64,000 bases of DNA, taken from positions 416,001-480,000 of the forward strand of contig CBDCTZ010000012.1 in assembly GCA_965222375.1 (NCBI GenBank), in the 5' to 3' direction. The translations under genes and the position numbers were made by a program. This document shows, in pieces, positions 21,765-32,113 of this stretch; the first letter of the stretch is position 1, and each line of letters starts with the position of its first letter. The notes beneath the pieces were generated by a model that did no database searches, had not been told where the DNA came from, and saw only the letters and a list, made by a program, of their open reading frames with translations. Source of the DNA: Polyangiaceae bacterium. Lineage in GTDB: Bacteria > Myxococcota_A > Polyangia > Polyangiales > Polyangiaceae.

Positions 21765-23368
21765 ACCTCGAAATCACCATCCGGGGGCGCACCCCGCTTG
21801 TAGCGCAGGACGCCATCGATGAAGACGCGCTCGGTCTGGCTGTAGACGCTCATTGGATCGCGGTTCCAGATCACGACGTCCGCGTCTTTGCCGGTCTCCA
21901 GGGTTCCGACGCGGTCCAGTACGCCCAGGGCCCAGGCCGGGTTCTTGGTGATCCAGGTCAGGGCCTGAGCCGGCGATAGCGCGATCCCCGCGTGCCTGCC
22001 CGCCCACATCGCCTTGGCGGCCTCTTGGTTCAACCGCTGGATGCCCTCGACGGAGTCCGAGTGCACCACCGGCATGGCGCCGCCCGCTGCCAGCAGAGCG
22101 ATGTTCTCCGGAATGCCGTCGTAGGCTTCGACCTTGAAGCCCCACCAGTCAGCCCAAGTGCTCACAGCGATCTTTCGGCGCGCGAGTTCCGTGCGGATCT
22201 TGTACGCCTCCAGTGCATGGTGGAAGGAGCGGACTCGAAGCCCGACTTCATCCGCCAGCGCCAAGATACGAGCCATGTCGTCGGCGCGATAACAGTGCAC
22301 ATGGACCAGAATGCGTCCTTCGAGGGCTGCCGCTAGGGTCTCCTTGGCCAGATCTCGCGCCGGCGGCAGCTTGGGCACTTTGGGCTCTGACGACTCGTCT
22401 TCCGCTTCAGACCATTGTCGCTGCCAAGCTGCGCACCGCTTCTGGTTGCCGTGGCTGCGCACGCGCTCGCACCATTTCTGGCGCAAGCGCTTCTGTTCCT
22501 TTTCGGCGTTGGCCTTGGCTTTGGCTTCAGCGTCCTTCTTGCGGGACTGGGCGTCTTCTTCGCGAAACTGATCCCACTCCTCGATCAAGCGCCGCGCGGC
22601 ATGAAACGCGGCGCGCTGGCCCGCGAGGTTGCCCATTCGGGTGCTCGGGGCTGACTTGCGACCCCCATACACCCGCTTAGGATTCTCTCCGCAAGCCATC
22701 TTTAGCCCCGACGGCGCGCCTTGGAATAGCATGTCGCGGGCGCTCAGCCCGCGGCGAAGCTTCAGGGTCACCGAGCGACCGCCGACCAAGTTTGTGGAAC
22801 CCGGGAGTACTTGAATGGTCGTGACGCCACCGGCCACCGCTCGCGCGATCGCTGGATCTTGAGGCCAGAAGGCGTCGATGGCGCGGACCTCGGCTGTGAC
22901 CGGCGCCGTGGCTTCATTGCCGTCGGAGTGGGCTCTCAAGTGCGGCAGGGAGTAGACACCCATGTGGGAGTGAGTGTCGATCAGTCCAGGTGTGACGAAC
23001 TTGCCATCAGCATCGATGACTTCCGCACCTTCGGGACTTGGACCTGCGCCGGAACCCACCGACGCAATGCGTCCGCCCTCGAAGGCGATGTGGCCTCGAG
23101 GGATCTCCTTGCCATTGCCGAGCAATAGCCTGGCTCCGCGGATCACCACGGCCCGGCTTTGTTTGGCCTGCTTGTCGGTTCTTCGCTCCGCCGCGGCGGT
23201 GCGCCAGGGGGCATCCGCCGACGCCGCTACGCTCACGGGTTTGGGCGCCACCTGCGGCGGCGTGTCGCTCACTCGCGGCGCACACGCACCGAGTGCAGCC
23301 AACAGCGGTGCGCAGCTCAGCCGTGCCGCTCCGCGGGGAGTGCGTTTACGGACTGGGCCAGAACTCAT
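21755..23368 (-). CDS. Amidohydrolase-family lipoprotein (metal-dependent)
   Basis: PGLIDTHSHMG, LKMACGENPKRVYG, HCYRADD, FHHALE, HSDS and GTLETGKDADVVIW motifs; lipobox ALGAC. Confidence 0.88.
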   Translation of the reverse strand: MSSGPVRKRTPRGAARLSCAPLLAALGACAPRVSDTPPQVAPKPVSVAASADAPWRTAAAERRTDKQAKQSRAVVIRGARLLLGNGKEIPRGHIAFEGGRIASVGSGAGPSPEGAEVIDADGKFVTPGLIDTHSHMGVYSLPHLRAHSDGNEATAPVTAEVRAIDAFWPQDPAIARAVAGGVTTIQVLPGSTNLVGGRSVTLKLRRGLSARDMLFQGAPSGLKMACGENPKRVYGGRKSAPSTRMGNLAGQRAAFHAARRLIEEWDQFREEDAQSRKKDAEAKAKANAEKEQKRLRQKWCERVRSHGNQKRCAAWQRQWSEAEDESSEPKVPKLPPARDLAKETLAAALEGRILVHVHCYRADDMARILALADEVGLRVRSFHHALEAYKIRTELARRKIAVSTWADWWGFKVEAYDGIPENIALLAAGGAMPVVHSDSVEGIQRLNQEAAKAMWAGRHAGIALSPAQALTWITKNPAWALGVLDRVGTLETGKDADVVIWNRDPMSVYSQTERVFIDGVLRYKRGAPPDGDFEVWR

Positions 23369-23414
23369 GAGCGCGACGTTACACCAGGCGTCGAGGCCTT
23401 GGGAGATCGCGGAT

Positions 23415-23948
23415 TCATGGCTTGTCGGGTACCAGCTCAGCAGTGCGTTCTTGGTCGATGCGCTTTCGCTCGGCGCGCTGGTCCCGGAGTCGCCGGGATG
23501 GGCTGTAGACCCAGATGCTGCGATCCAGAGCCAAAACCTCGTCCACTCGAACTCGTACGTTCCAGGTTCCCGGGGAGTCTTGGGGTACGAAGCGGATTTC
23601 CTGGTCAAAGACCGAAAGGCCCGCCCGAGCTCGTGCTTCTGACAGCCGCACCAGGCGCCCGTATCCGCGACGCCCGGACGTGTCTCGCACCCGGCGGCCC
23701 TTTCCTGGCATGTCGATTTCCCATTTCACGCTCACCGGGTGAGTCAGGGGCTGCGAGAAACGAATTCGAAACCCCTGGGTCTGCTTGGCGCGGTCGAGCA
23801 TCAGCGGCAGCTCGTCGCGCTCCTGCACCTCCCCGCCGAAAAACACTCCGAGTTCTGCACTCTCGATCAGACCCTTCGGTTCCGCTTTTCCACAGGATAG
23901 TGAGGCGCTGGCCGCCACGAGAGCCAGTCCCAACCAATGCAGCTTCAT
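23415..23948 (-). CDS. Hypothetical lipoprotein
   Basis: MKLHWLGLALVAASASLSC signal; ATGA overlap with the rsmA stop. Confidence 0.7.
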   Translation of the reverse strand: MKLHWLGLALVAASASLSCGKAEPKGLIESAELGVFFGGEVQERDELPLMLDRAKQTQGFRIRFSQPLTHPVSVKWEIDMPGKGRRVRDTSGRRGYGRLVRLSEARARAGLSVFDQEIRFVPQDSPGTWNVRVRVDEVLALDRSIWVYSPSRRLRDQRAERKRIDQERTAELVPDKP

Positions 23949-24823
23949 GTCACGATCTCCTGAGCCATGCGGTCGAAGTCTTCGACGGAGAGGGTTTCAC
24001 CTCGGTCCGTCAAGGCAATGCCAGCGCGCTCGGCAGCGGCAGCGATCGCTTCAGCGCTCAGGCCGTGCACGCCATGCCATGCGTTCTTGAGGGTCTTGCG
24101 TCGCTTCGCGAAGGCCGCCGTGACCAGATTGCGAAAAGCCTTGGTCTCTCGTGCCCGAGGCGGACGCAGAGCCTCGAATACGACCACCGCGGAGTCGACT
24201 CCCGGCTGCGGGTAGAACGCGCCGCGTTTGATCACGAAGGCACGGCGCACCGCGTATTGGGCGCTCACGAAGACCGTCAAACCACCGTACGCCTTGGAGC
24301 CAGGCGTGGCGCAGATGCGCTCGGCTACCTCGAGTTGAACCAAGAAGACGACGCGATCGATGACATGGGCGGCGCGCACGGACAACTCCAGTAGCGGCCC
24401 GGTGAGTTGGTAAGGCAGGTTGCCGCACAACACGTGGGGCCGGGGGAGCTGCTCGAACAGAGCTGCCAGGTCTACTGCCTTGGCATCCGCTTCCAGAATT
24501 CGGAGCTTGCCCACCTCGACTTCCGCGGCAAACTCCGAGCTGAGCACTGGGACCAGCTCGCGATCTCGCTCTACGGCGATGACGTGCTCAGCCCCCGCAA
24601 GAAGAGGGCGTGTCAAAGCGCCCAGGCCCGCGCCCAGCTCGACTACGGTCGTGGCCTTGCCTGCGGTGCATAGGGCAGCGATCTTCGCGGCCAGGTGTGG
24701 GTCCGCGAGAAAATTCTGACCGAAACTCTTTTTGGCAACCAAGCCGTGGCGTGCCAGGGAAGCCTTTGGGTTGTCGGAGGGGGGATCCTGCATGCGCTGC
24801 TTGCTTGCCACCCCGGCCAGCAT
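23945..24823 (-). CDS. rsmA: 16S rRNA m6,2A dimethyltransferase KsgA/RsmA
   Basis: KKSFGQNFL, VVELGAGLGALT, GNLPYQL, QLEVAER, F.P.PGVDSAVV and F.KRRKTL.N. Start uncertain (24793-24829). Confidence 0.95.
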   Translation of the reverse strand: MLAGVASKQRMQDPPSDNPKASLARHGLVAKKSFGQNFLADPHLAAKIAALCTAGKATTVVELGAGLGALTRPLLAGAEHVIAVERDRELVPVLSSEFAAEVEVGKLRILEADAKAVDLAALFEQLPRPHVLCGNLPYQLTGPLLELSVRAAHVIDRVVFLVQLEVAERICATPGSKAYGGLTVFVSAQYAVRRAFVIKRGAFYPQPGVDSAVVVFEALRPPRARETKAFRNLVTAAFAKRRKTLKNAWHGVHGLSAEAIAAAAERAGIALTDRGETLSVEDFDRMAQEIVT

Positions 24824-24879
24824 TGTCACTTTTGCCCGTTTTGGGCCAAGGTTTCGCCGGGCACGGGGGCCCTGGCGTC

Positions 24880-26451
24880 CTAGGGCTGGCGAGGCGGGGG
24901 AGGCAGCGAGGGGCGACCTTTGAGCCGTTCCACGTGCACGCCCATGGATCGCAGCGCCTTGTTGCCCCGCTCTTCTGCGACCCGCGCGCGAATCGAAAGC
25001 GCGTCTGCCACCGCCGGCATCACCGGGGAGCCGGCCCGGGGCAGGTGGGTTCCGAGCCGGATCGCCACCCAGCGCAGCTCAACCCGCCGCCGCGGCAGAG
25101 CGCTCAGGGCGCGTTCGATCTCTGGCCGCGCCTTCAAGTCCGGCGGTGGGGACCACACGTAGATCAGGCTGGGCGACGGGCGCTCTCGTACGGCGCGGGT
25201 CAACGCCGAAGCCAGCTGTCGATCCGTACGGCTGCGCTCGGGCTCCAGCCGCGCGGGCGACGGTAAGCCGTAGGCGGCCAGGTAGCGGCGGAGGATCCGC
25301 CCGCGGCGATCTTCCGCGTGTACGTCGACGTCACGAAACGGGGCGCGGGAGCGCAAGCGTTCGGCGCGGCGTGCGATGCGGTCGAGCTCTGCGCTGCGTA
25401 CACCTCGCGCCGCGCTCGGATCGAGAGGCCGTAGGTGTTCGAGGACCCGGTAGCCCACATCCGCCTCGTCCAGGTCGCTTCGGTCCGCATCGTAGGTTTG
25501 GGCTTTGGTGCTCAAGCTCTGCATCAGCCCCATGGCGTGGCTCGCACCGCGATCCGGGCGGCGCCATTCGAGGGTGCGTGCACCCACGATGCACAGCCCC
25601 ACACGATCGCCCCGGGATAGGTGACGGGTCGCGACTGCGGCGACTTCGTCGATGGCAATATCGAGAGGTGAGTGTCCGGGTTGGCCGGCCCAGAGCTCGA
25701 CGGAAGCGTCCAACATCAGCCAAACCACGTCACGCTCTTCGCGCTCATAGTCGCGCACCATGAGCCGACCGCGGCGCGCCGAGGCTTTCCAGGCGATGCG
25801 CTTGAAAGGATCGCCGGGATAGTGTTCGCGCAGCTCGCGCAGCTCGATGCTTTCGCCCGAAAGGGGGCCGGGGCGCCCGTCGTCCGCGCTGTGCCGACTG
25901 CGGCCACCTCGTGGCGAGCGCAATCGAGAAGCGAAGGGACGCGGAAGGACCTCGATGCCGAAGGGATTGGCGAAGGTGAGAGGAACCTCGAACAAGCCCG
26001 GGGCGCCGAAGACCTCGAGGCTGAGCCCGAAGATCCCGTGGCGGCCCACTCGGGGCGCGGTCACGGTGATCTTCACCCGCAGTCGCCCACCGGCGGGAAC
26101 CTCGCCATCGGGTGGATCGAGTTTCAGCTCCAAATTAGGGGAGCAGACCGGACGCAATGCAACGTAGCGGGCGGCCCGGGAGTCGCGATTGCGGACTTCC
26201 GCCTCGAGCTCGACGCTTTCTCCGCGCGCAATGCGCCGTACGCGAGGCTCGCTTCGCCAGAGCATTTCGAAGCCAGCTGCTCGGATGCGCGCCACGGAGA
26301 CGTGGGTGACCGCGCGGGCCACTGCCAGGCCAATGACCAGCGCGCCTCCCCAACCCACGATCGCTGGGACCTGAAATAGCAGCCCCACCAGTATGGTTCC
26401 TATACCAGCAACCGCGATCTCGACGGTCGTTCGCGTCGGGTGGATCTGCAC
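24880..26451 (-). CDS. DUF58-domain membrane protein (typical MoxR partner)
   Basis: Two N-terminal TM helices; ELRELREHYPGDPFKRIAWKASARRG.LMVR.YE.E and LDAS. Confidence 0.85.
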   Translation of the reverse strand: MQIHPTRTTVEIAVAGIGTILVGLLFQVPAIVGWGGALVIGLAVARAVTHVSVARIRAAGFEMLWRSEPRVRRIARGESVELEAEVRNRDSRAARYVALRPVCSPNLELKLDPPDGEVPAGGRLRVKITVTAPRVGRHGIFGLSLEVFGAPGLFEVPLTFANPFGIEVLPRPFASRLRSPRGGRSRHSADDGRPGPLSGESIELRELREHYPGDPFKRIAWKASARRGRLMVRDYEREERDVVWLMLDASVELWAGQPGHSPLDIAIDEVAAVATRHLSRGDRVGLCIVGARTLEWRRPDRGASHAMGLMQSLSTKAQTYDADRSDLDEADVGYRVLEHLRPLDPSAARGVRSAELDRIARRAERLRSRAPFRDVDVHAEDRRGRILRRYLAAYGLPSPARLEPERSRTDRQLASALTRAVRERPSPSLIYVWSPPPDLKARPEIERALSALPRRRVELRWVAIRLGTHLPRAGSPVMPAVADALSIRARVAEERGNKALRSMGVHVERLKGRPSLPPPPRQP

Positions 26452-26499
26452 ACCCGGCAGGCTAGCGCGGATCCTAGGAGGCGCCGCGCCAAATTCGCC

Positions 26500-27051
26500 T
26501 TACTTGACGCGCTCGGACGCTTCTTTTGGACAGCCAGGCGCCGGGCGCCTGCGGCAAAGCACTACCGCGCGATCATGCAGAGCGTCCGCGGTTTCGGTGT
26601 TCTGTTCCACCCCCGAGCCTTTGCGGAAGAGCACTGCCAGCCGCGCGCAGTCCTCGCCACGTCGCCCTGCGCAGCGCTCGACCAGTTTGCGTACCGCCAA
26701 GCGTCGATGCAAGGTCGCCGATTCCGAGTCGCCCAGGCTGTCCGCCACATCTGCTCGGTCCAGGCAGGCGTCGGGATCGCCCCGCGCGCAATCGAGGGAC
26801 AGCGCCGCGGCGTCTGGCTTCGTGGCTGGCGCTGCATCCGGCAGGCGGATCGGGCTGCGCGCAGACGACGGCGCGGCAGGCGCTGGGGGGGGTGTGGCGT
26901 CGGCTTTCGTGTGGGCCAGGTCGCCGGCCGGCGTGAAAGGCGGCTTGACCGGATCTGGGCCGACGGGGCCGGGACCAAGGGTTGCGATGAGCCCACCCAG
27001 CCCGGCACCCGCGAGGGCCGCCCAGGAAGTCGTTTTGGCAGCGGGGCCCAT
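26500..27051 (-). CDS. Sel1-like repeat protein
   Basis: C.RG...AC and C..LAVLFRKGSGVEQN...A..L..RA..LC; N-terminal hydrophobic anchor. Confidence 0.6.
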   Translation of the reverse strand: MGPAAKTTSWAALAGAGLGGLIATLGPGPVGPDPVKPPFTPAGDLAHTKADATPPPAPAAPSSARSPIRLPDAAPATKPDAAALSLDCARGDPDACLDRADVADSLGDSESATLHRRLAVRKLVERCAGRRGEDCARLAVLFRKGSGVEQNTETADALHDRAVVLCRRRPAPGCPKEASERVK

Positions 27052-27139
27052 CCTGACAGCAGCATGGCATGCCTGAGCGCGCGGCTGAAATCGCACTCTG
27101 CAGCCGTGCGGACGATTTTTTCGCCTATGCTCGGCGCAG

Positions 27140-28255
27140 ATGAGTCCGTGGATTTTCAGCCTGATCGTCCTGCTGTTGGTCGCCGCGCTCATCGCAGCTC
27201 ACTTCGCCTACTTTCGCCGCCGGTTGCTCCTGGAACAGGACTACTCGGAGCTGCTCGCCCTCGCGACCGCAGATGGCGCGCGAATCGAACTACGGCGGCT
27301 GCCCGTACCCGCGAAACTTTCTGGGCCTCCCGTGCTTCTGGTGCACGGGTTGGGGGCGAACCATCGGAACAACGACGCTCTGCCCAATCGTTCGTTGGCG
27401 CGCCACCTGTCGGCTGCAGGGCGCGATGTGTGGCTGGTGACACTGCGTAGTGGCATGCCCTCCCTCAAGCGCCGGGAGGCTCGCCTTGTGCGCTTCGCAC
27501 ATATAGTCGAACAAGACCTGCCCCTTTGCGTGCAAACGGTGTTGGAGCGCACGGACAGTCAGCAGCTCGACTACGTCGGGTTCTCCATGGGCGGCATGCT
27601 GCTGTACGCCGCGATCGGCGAATCGGTGCCGCCCTCGGCGCTCAGACGGGTTGCCATCGTGGGTTCGCCTGCTCTGGTGCGCGCTCCCGGAGGCATCAAG
27701 CTGCCGGGCTGGGTGGCCGGGATCCCAGACTGGGCCATGCCCACGCTGCGGCTGCGGCGTTGGTCGATCGTGGCGGCGCCCTTGGCAGAGAGCCTCGGTC
27801 GGCGTCTGCCATCTCTCGTCGCAAACACCGACAACCTCGCCGAGGGAGAGATCGCCCCCAGTATGGCGAATCTAGTTGCGGACATTCCAGGTCCCCTTCA
27901 CGTGGACTTCGCGCAATGGGCATCCTCGAGCACCGGGGAACTCACCTTCGAGGGACGTCCGGTATTGCCGACTTTGCGCACGCTAGAGATTCCAGCCATC
28001 TTCTTCGCGGGCACGATCGATCGAATGGCCCCACCAGCAAGCGTGCGCGCGGCTCAAGAGGCCTGGGGGGTGGACACGTCAGGTCAGCCCGCACAGTTCG
28101 TGCTGGTGGGCGTCGAGACGGGCGCGGCGCGAGATTACGGACACGGGGATTTGGCCATCGGTATGGATGTGGTCAGCGACGTATTCGACCCGCTTTGCGC
28201 TTTTTTGAGTCAGGGCATCGAATCCGAGTCGCGTCAGCACGGAGCAGCCGCTTGA
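27140..28255 (+). CDS. Alpha/beta-fold hydrolase (lipase/PhaC-like) with N-terminal TM segment
   Basis: VLLVHGLGAN, nucleophile elbow GFSMGG, GTIDRMAP and YGHGDL. Confidence 0.88.
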   Translation: MSPWIFSLIVLLLVAALIAAHFAYFRRRLLLEQDYSELLALATADGARIELRRLPVPAKLSGPPVLLVHGLGANHRNNDALPNRSLARHLSAAGRDVWLVTLRSGMPSLKRREARLVRFAHIVEQDLPLCVQTVLERTDSQQLDYVGFSMGGMLLYAAIGESVPPSALRRVAIVGSPALVRAPGGIKLPGWVAGIPDWAMPTLRLRRWSIVAAPLAESLGRRLPSLVANTDNLAEGEIAPSMANLVADIPGPLHVDFAQWASSSTGELTFEGRPVLPTLRTLEIPAIFFAGTIDRMAPPASVRAAQEAWGVDTSGQPAQFVLVGVETGAARDYGHGDLAIGMDVVSDVFDPLCAFLSQGIESESRQHGAAA

Positions 28256-30027
28256 AGCCGGCACATGTCGCAGCGGCAGTCGCACTGGCGATGTGCATGC
28301 TGGTGCCTGAGCTGCGGGCGGAAGAGCCGGATCAATACTCGGACTACGAGCGTCAGACCATTTCCGCTGCGTTGCGCAGTGAGGGTGGGGAACTCGAGAC
28401 CCATCCCGAGGGCAAGCGGATCGAGGACATCCGCATCGTCACCCTGGACGTGCTCGAAGAGCGAGATCCATATCCGCGCTTCTTCAACGTTTTTCACGCG
28501 ACTACTCGGCCTCATATCGTGGAACGCGAACTGACCTTCCGGCGCGGCCAAATCTACGATCAACGGCGCGTGGACGAATCTGCGCGCGCTCTCAGAGGTG
28601 CTCGCCAATTGTCGTTGGTGCTGATCGTGCCGTTGCAGGGGAAGTATGACGATACGGTTCAACTCTTGGTCATCACGAAGGACGTTTGGAGCTTGCGCCT
28701 CAACACGGACTTTCAGATTGCCGACGGCCGCCTGACTCGCTTGCTGCTTCAACCCGCTGAGGAGAACGTGCTTGGGACCCACACCATGGTCGGCGCATTG
28801 TTTGTCCTCGAGCCCGCGACCTACTCCTTGGGTGCGCAGTTCATCGACCGTCGTGTCGCCGGGAGCCGGATTCAGGGTATTGTCAGCGGTAACGTTATCT
28901 TCAATCGCGATACCGGGGACGCCGAAGGCTCCTTCGGCAGTTTTGCCTACGGCACGACTTTGTTCTCCTCCGAGACCAAGTGGGCCTGGCGCACTTTGGT
29001 GACCTGGCGCCAAGAGATCTTTCGCTCCTTCATCGGTGCGGACCAGCGCACCTTCGATGCCCTGAGCACGCCCGTCGACGACCAGATCCCCTACGAATAC
29101 GATTTCGCCCGGTATTACGGCGCCTACCTGCTGACGCGGTCCTTCGGTCGTCAGTTGAAGAACGACCTTTCTCTCGGCGTGGAAGTCGATCATCGCAAGG
29201 CCAAGCCCCGAGATCTCGCCGGGGCCTCGCCACTGGCTGCTCGGGAGTTCGTTGCCAGCGAGTTGCCCGTCAACGATACCCGGGTATCACCCTTGGCTCA
29301 GTTTCGTAGCTACACGACGGACTACACACGCGTGCTGGACTTCGAGACTCTGGGTCTCCAAGAAGACTACCGGCTGGGTCACGAACTCGTTTTTCGAGTC
29401 TACCCGGCGAGTCGCGACGTCGCGTCGTCCCGCAACCTCGTGGGTTCATTCGCCGCTGCCGGCTACACCGCTCCTTTTGGCGATGGCCTCCTGCGCGCGA
29501 TAGTTAGCAATACACTGGAGCTGTCTTCCTCCGAGGAGACGGACGCACTGGCCAGCGCCAACATCCGTGTTGTCACACCGCGCATCGGACTGGGTCGTAT
29601 CGTGTACGACTCGTTGCTGCTCAACCGCTACGAGAACTATCTCAACGAACGATTCACCTTGGGCGGGGGAACTCGACTGCGTGGCTATGCGCCGCAGGCG
29701 TTCATTGGCAAAGATGTGGTGGCGAGCAACCTCGAGTTTCGGACCACGCCCGTGGAAGTCTTGCGCACCCAACTCGGTTTGGCGTTCTTCTACGATGTGG
29801 GCGATGCCTTTGACGGCGCCGCCGACTTGCGCTTGAAGCAGTCTGTGGGTCTGGGGCTGCGCGCCCTCATCCCCCAAGCCAATCGAATCGTGTTTCGCGC
29901 CGACTATGGCCTGCCCGTGGTGGCCGGCCGCGCGGTCGGACCGGGGTCGCTGTTTTTGACTTTTGGCCAGGCCTTCGGCGTGCCAGCGGTGTCACCGCCG
30001 ACCCTCACGAGCGATTTCGCGGACTAA
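28252..30027 (+). CDS. Omp85/BamA-TamA family outer membrane protein
   Basis: TTG start after GGAG. POTRA-like HATTR..IV.REL.F..G; barrel motifs LGGGTRLRGY, NLEFR, FYDVGDAF, VGLGLR, RADYG, FGQAF. Confidence 0.85.
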   Translation: MKPAHVAAAVALAMCMLVPELRAEEPDQYSDYERQTISAALRSEGGELETHPEGKRIEDIRIVTLDVLEERDPYPRFFNVFHATTRPHIVERELTFRRGQIYDQRRVDESARALRGARQLSLVLIVPLQGKYDDTVQLLVITKDVWSLRLNTDFQIADGRLTRLLLQPAEENVLGTHTMVGALFVLEPATYSLGAQFIDRRVAGSRIQGIVSGNVIFNRDTGDAEGSFGSFAYGTTLFSSETKWAWRTLVTWRQEIFRSFIGADQRTFDALSTPVDDQIPYEYDFARYYGAYLLTRSFGRQLKNDLSLGVEVDHRKAKPRDLAGASPLAAREFVASELPVNDTRVSPLAQFRSYTTDYTRVLDFETLGLQEDYRLGHELVFRVYPASRDVASSRNLVGSFAAAGYTAPFGDGLLRAIVSNTLELSSSEETDALASANIRVVTPRIGLGRIVYDSLLLNRYENYLNERFTLGGGTRLRGYAPQAFIGKDVVASNLEFRTTPVEVLRTQLGLAFFYDVGDAFDGAADLRLKQSVGLGLRALIPQANRIVFRADYGLPVVAGRAVGPGSLFLTFGQAFGVPAVSPPTLTSDFAD

Positions 30028-30166
30028 AACCGCCCGCCCGGCTGCTGAGGTGACACTTTGGGAAGGCCAGACGTAGGCCGGAAATACCATAGTGACTGGA
30101 CGGTCAGCCGATGATCCGTTATCGAATATTGCTGATCGTACGAGGTGGCGGGAGGAGCGCTGGATA

Positions 30167-31117
30167 ATGGATGTTTTGACTGACGTGTTGAACACGGTGC
30201 GAGTCTCGGCGGCATGCCAGGGGCGTCTCGAACTGGGTGCACCCTGGGGGCTCACGGTTCCGGGCGGTGAGTTTTCCAAGTTTCACGTGATCATCCAGGG
30301 CAGTTGCTTTTTGGAGCTCGACGGGGAGGCCGAGCCAATCTTGCTCGAAGAAGGAGATCTGATCGCGCTGCCCCATGGCGATGGCCACGTGATTCGGGAT
30401 TCACCCACGACGCCGCCGCGCCCGATCGACGAGTGGTTTTCGTCCAACGGCCAGGAGCGGTGTGGGGGCGCAGTGCACGTGCCGGGAAATGGTCCGCTAA
30501 CCGCGCTCGTGTGTGGAAGACTGCAATTTGAGGATCCTCGCAACCATCCGGTGCTAAGCGTATTGCCGCGAGTGGTGCATCTCCGCAGTGCGGAAGGCAA
30601 AGCGATCCCCTGGTTGGAGTCGACGTTGCGCTTCATCGCCAGCGAGTCGTCTTCGGATCGCCCGGGGTCGGACACGGTCGTCAATCGACTCGCGGACATC
30701 CTGTTCATTCAGATTGTCCGCGGCTATTTGAACACGACGCCAAACGACTCTCGGGGTTGGCTTCGTGCGTTGACCGATCCTCAGATTGGCGCTTCCTTGG
30801 GGCTGATCCACGCGGAACCCGAGCAGAGTTGGACGGTGGCCAATCTGGCTTCGAAGGTTGGCATGAGCCGGAGCACCTTTGCGGGGCGTTTCTCGGAACT
30901 CGTGGGCGAACCACCTCTGCACTACATCACACGCTGGCGCATGCAGAAGGCGGCTGCGTTGCTGCGAGAGGGGCGGGCAACCTTGGCGGACATAGCCGAT
31001 CGTGTCGGTTACGACTCCGAGGCAGCCTTCAGCAAGGCCTTCAAGCGCTGGGTGGGTAGCGCGCCGGGTGCGTATCGGCGCGCCAGCCGCGACGGTGTGG
31101 TTCAGGCGACGGCTTGA
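30167..31117 (+). CDS. AraC-family regulator with Cupin_6 N-terminal domain (RclR-like)
   Basis: MDVLTDVL..VR, APWG, FHVI..G.C, GWL.AL.DPQIG, WTV..LA...GMSRS.F..RF and VGY.SEAAFSKAFKR. Confidence 0.93.
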   Translation: MDVLTDVLNTVRVSAACQGRLELGAPWGLTVPGGEFSKFHVIIQGSCFLELDGEAEPILLEEGDLIALPHGDGHVIRDSPTTPPRPIDEWFSSNGQERCGGAVHVPGNGPLTALVCGRLQFEDPRNHPVLSVLPRVVHLRSAEGKAIPWLESTLRFIASESSSDRPGSDTVVNRLADILFIQIVRGYLNTTPNDSRGWLRALTDPQIGASLGLIHAEPEQSWTVANLASKVGMSRSTFAGRFSELVGEPPLHYITRWRMQKAAALLREGRATLADIADRVGYDSEAAFSKAFKRWVGSAPGAYRRASRDGVVQATA

Positions 31118-31125
31118 CCGAAGCT

Positions 31126-32049
31126 TCAGGCTGCTGCGGGGCTCTGGCTGGCTTTTTCGTCGACGGCCTCTTCTAGCGCTTTCAGCGCCTTGTCGTACTC
31201 TTCGCCCAAGGCCTTGATTCGGTCGTCCATTTCCTTGAGCAGGCCTTCCGCCGCCTTGAGTTCCGTCTCGATTTGGTCCTTCGCCTTTTGGGCGGCCTCC
31301 CGTCGCTCGGTAGCTTTCTTCTTGTCGTTTTCGCCCCGCCCGGGGTCCTTCTCGATGGCCTCGGATTCGGTGATTACTCGATCCAGAGTGGATTTGACGT
31401 CGCTGGCTTCATCCATCCGACGCTCCAGCGCCTCCTTGCTCTGTACCGTGCCGACCCGTACCAAGTAGCTGACCTGAGCGATCTCATCGGCGTGCTTTTC
31501 GAGCTTCTCTCGGTTGGGTTTGCCAAGGGCGTCCTCGTTGGCGTCGATCACGGCGTGAGCTTCATTTCGCGCGCGCAAGCGCTCCTCTAGTTGCTTCTCG
31601 ACGCCCTTCTCCAGGGCATGCGAGGCGGGGCCGTACACCTCCGCTTTGCATCCCTTCTGCTTCGCGGCGTAGTTGGCGGCGCCGGCAACTTTCTTCGAGA
31701 TCTCGTTTTTTTCCTCGTCGAAGAATCCGGCAACGCTACGGTTTTCCTGCGCTTGTGCCGCGTAGGAGCCGCTGCGGCCGGCAGCGTCAGCCGTGAGGTA
31801 GACGTCCTTGACCTTATTCCAGTCGGTGTTGTCGAGCTCCCCCGGATACTGGGGCATGCTCTCCATGAGCTTGCGCGCATCGCTTTCTTGGGTGACGAAA
31901 TCGTTGCGCGTGCCCGCGAGCTCCTCCGGGAAGCGAGACGCGTAGCCCGCCTCTGAGGCCGCGGACTCTACGACGACGCCGGTCTCCTTCGAGTTGCAGG
32001 CCACACAAGACAGACCCACGGCCAGAACGGCCGCCCACCTCCAGTTCAT
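31126..32049 (-). CDS. Hypothetical coiled-coil lipoprotein
   Basis: Lipobox CVAC; helical, E/K/A-rich. Confidence 0.75.
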   Translation of the reverse strand: MNWRWAAVLAVGLSCVACNSKETGVVVESAASEAGYASRFPEELAGTRNDFVTQESDARKLMESMPQYPGELDNTDWNKVKDVYLTADAAGRSGSYAAQAQENRSVAGFFDEEKNEISKKVAGAANYAAKQKGCKAEVYGPASHALEKGVEKQLEERLRARNEAHAVIDANEDALGKPNREKLEKHADEIAQVSYLVRVGTVQSKEALERRMDEASDVKSTLDRVITESEAIEKDPGRGENDKKKATERREAAQKAKDQIETELKAAEGLLKEMDDRIKALGEEYDKALKALEEAVDEKASQSPAAA

Positions 32050-32113
32050 GGCAAAGAGTAGAGGCAGTGCTGCCGCCCCGGGTCAACGACCCTCCGGGAA
32101 ATGAGGCGTTTTC

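Noticed and set aside
27526..28251. Long N-terminal extensions in the ORF track (also 36329, 39232, 49847, 56198, 23608)
   Set aside because: They overlap real neighbouring genes; better starts with an RBS, signal peptide or stop-start coupling exist downstream.
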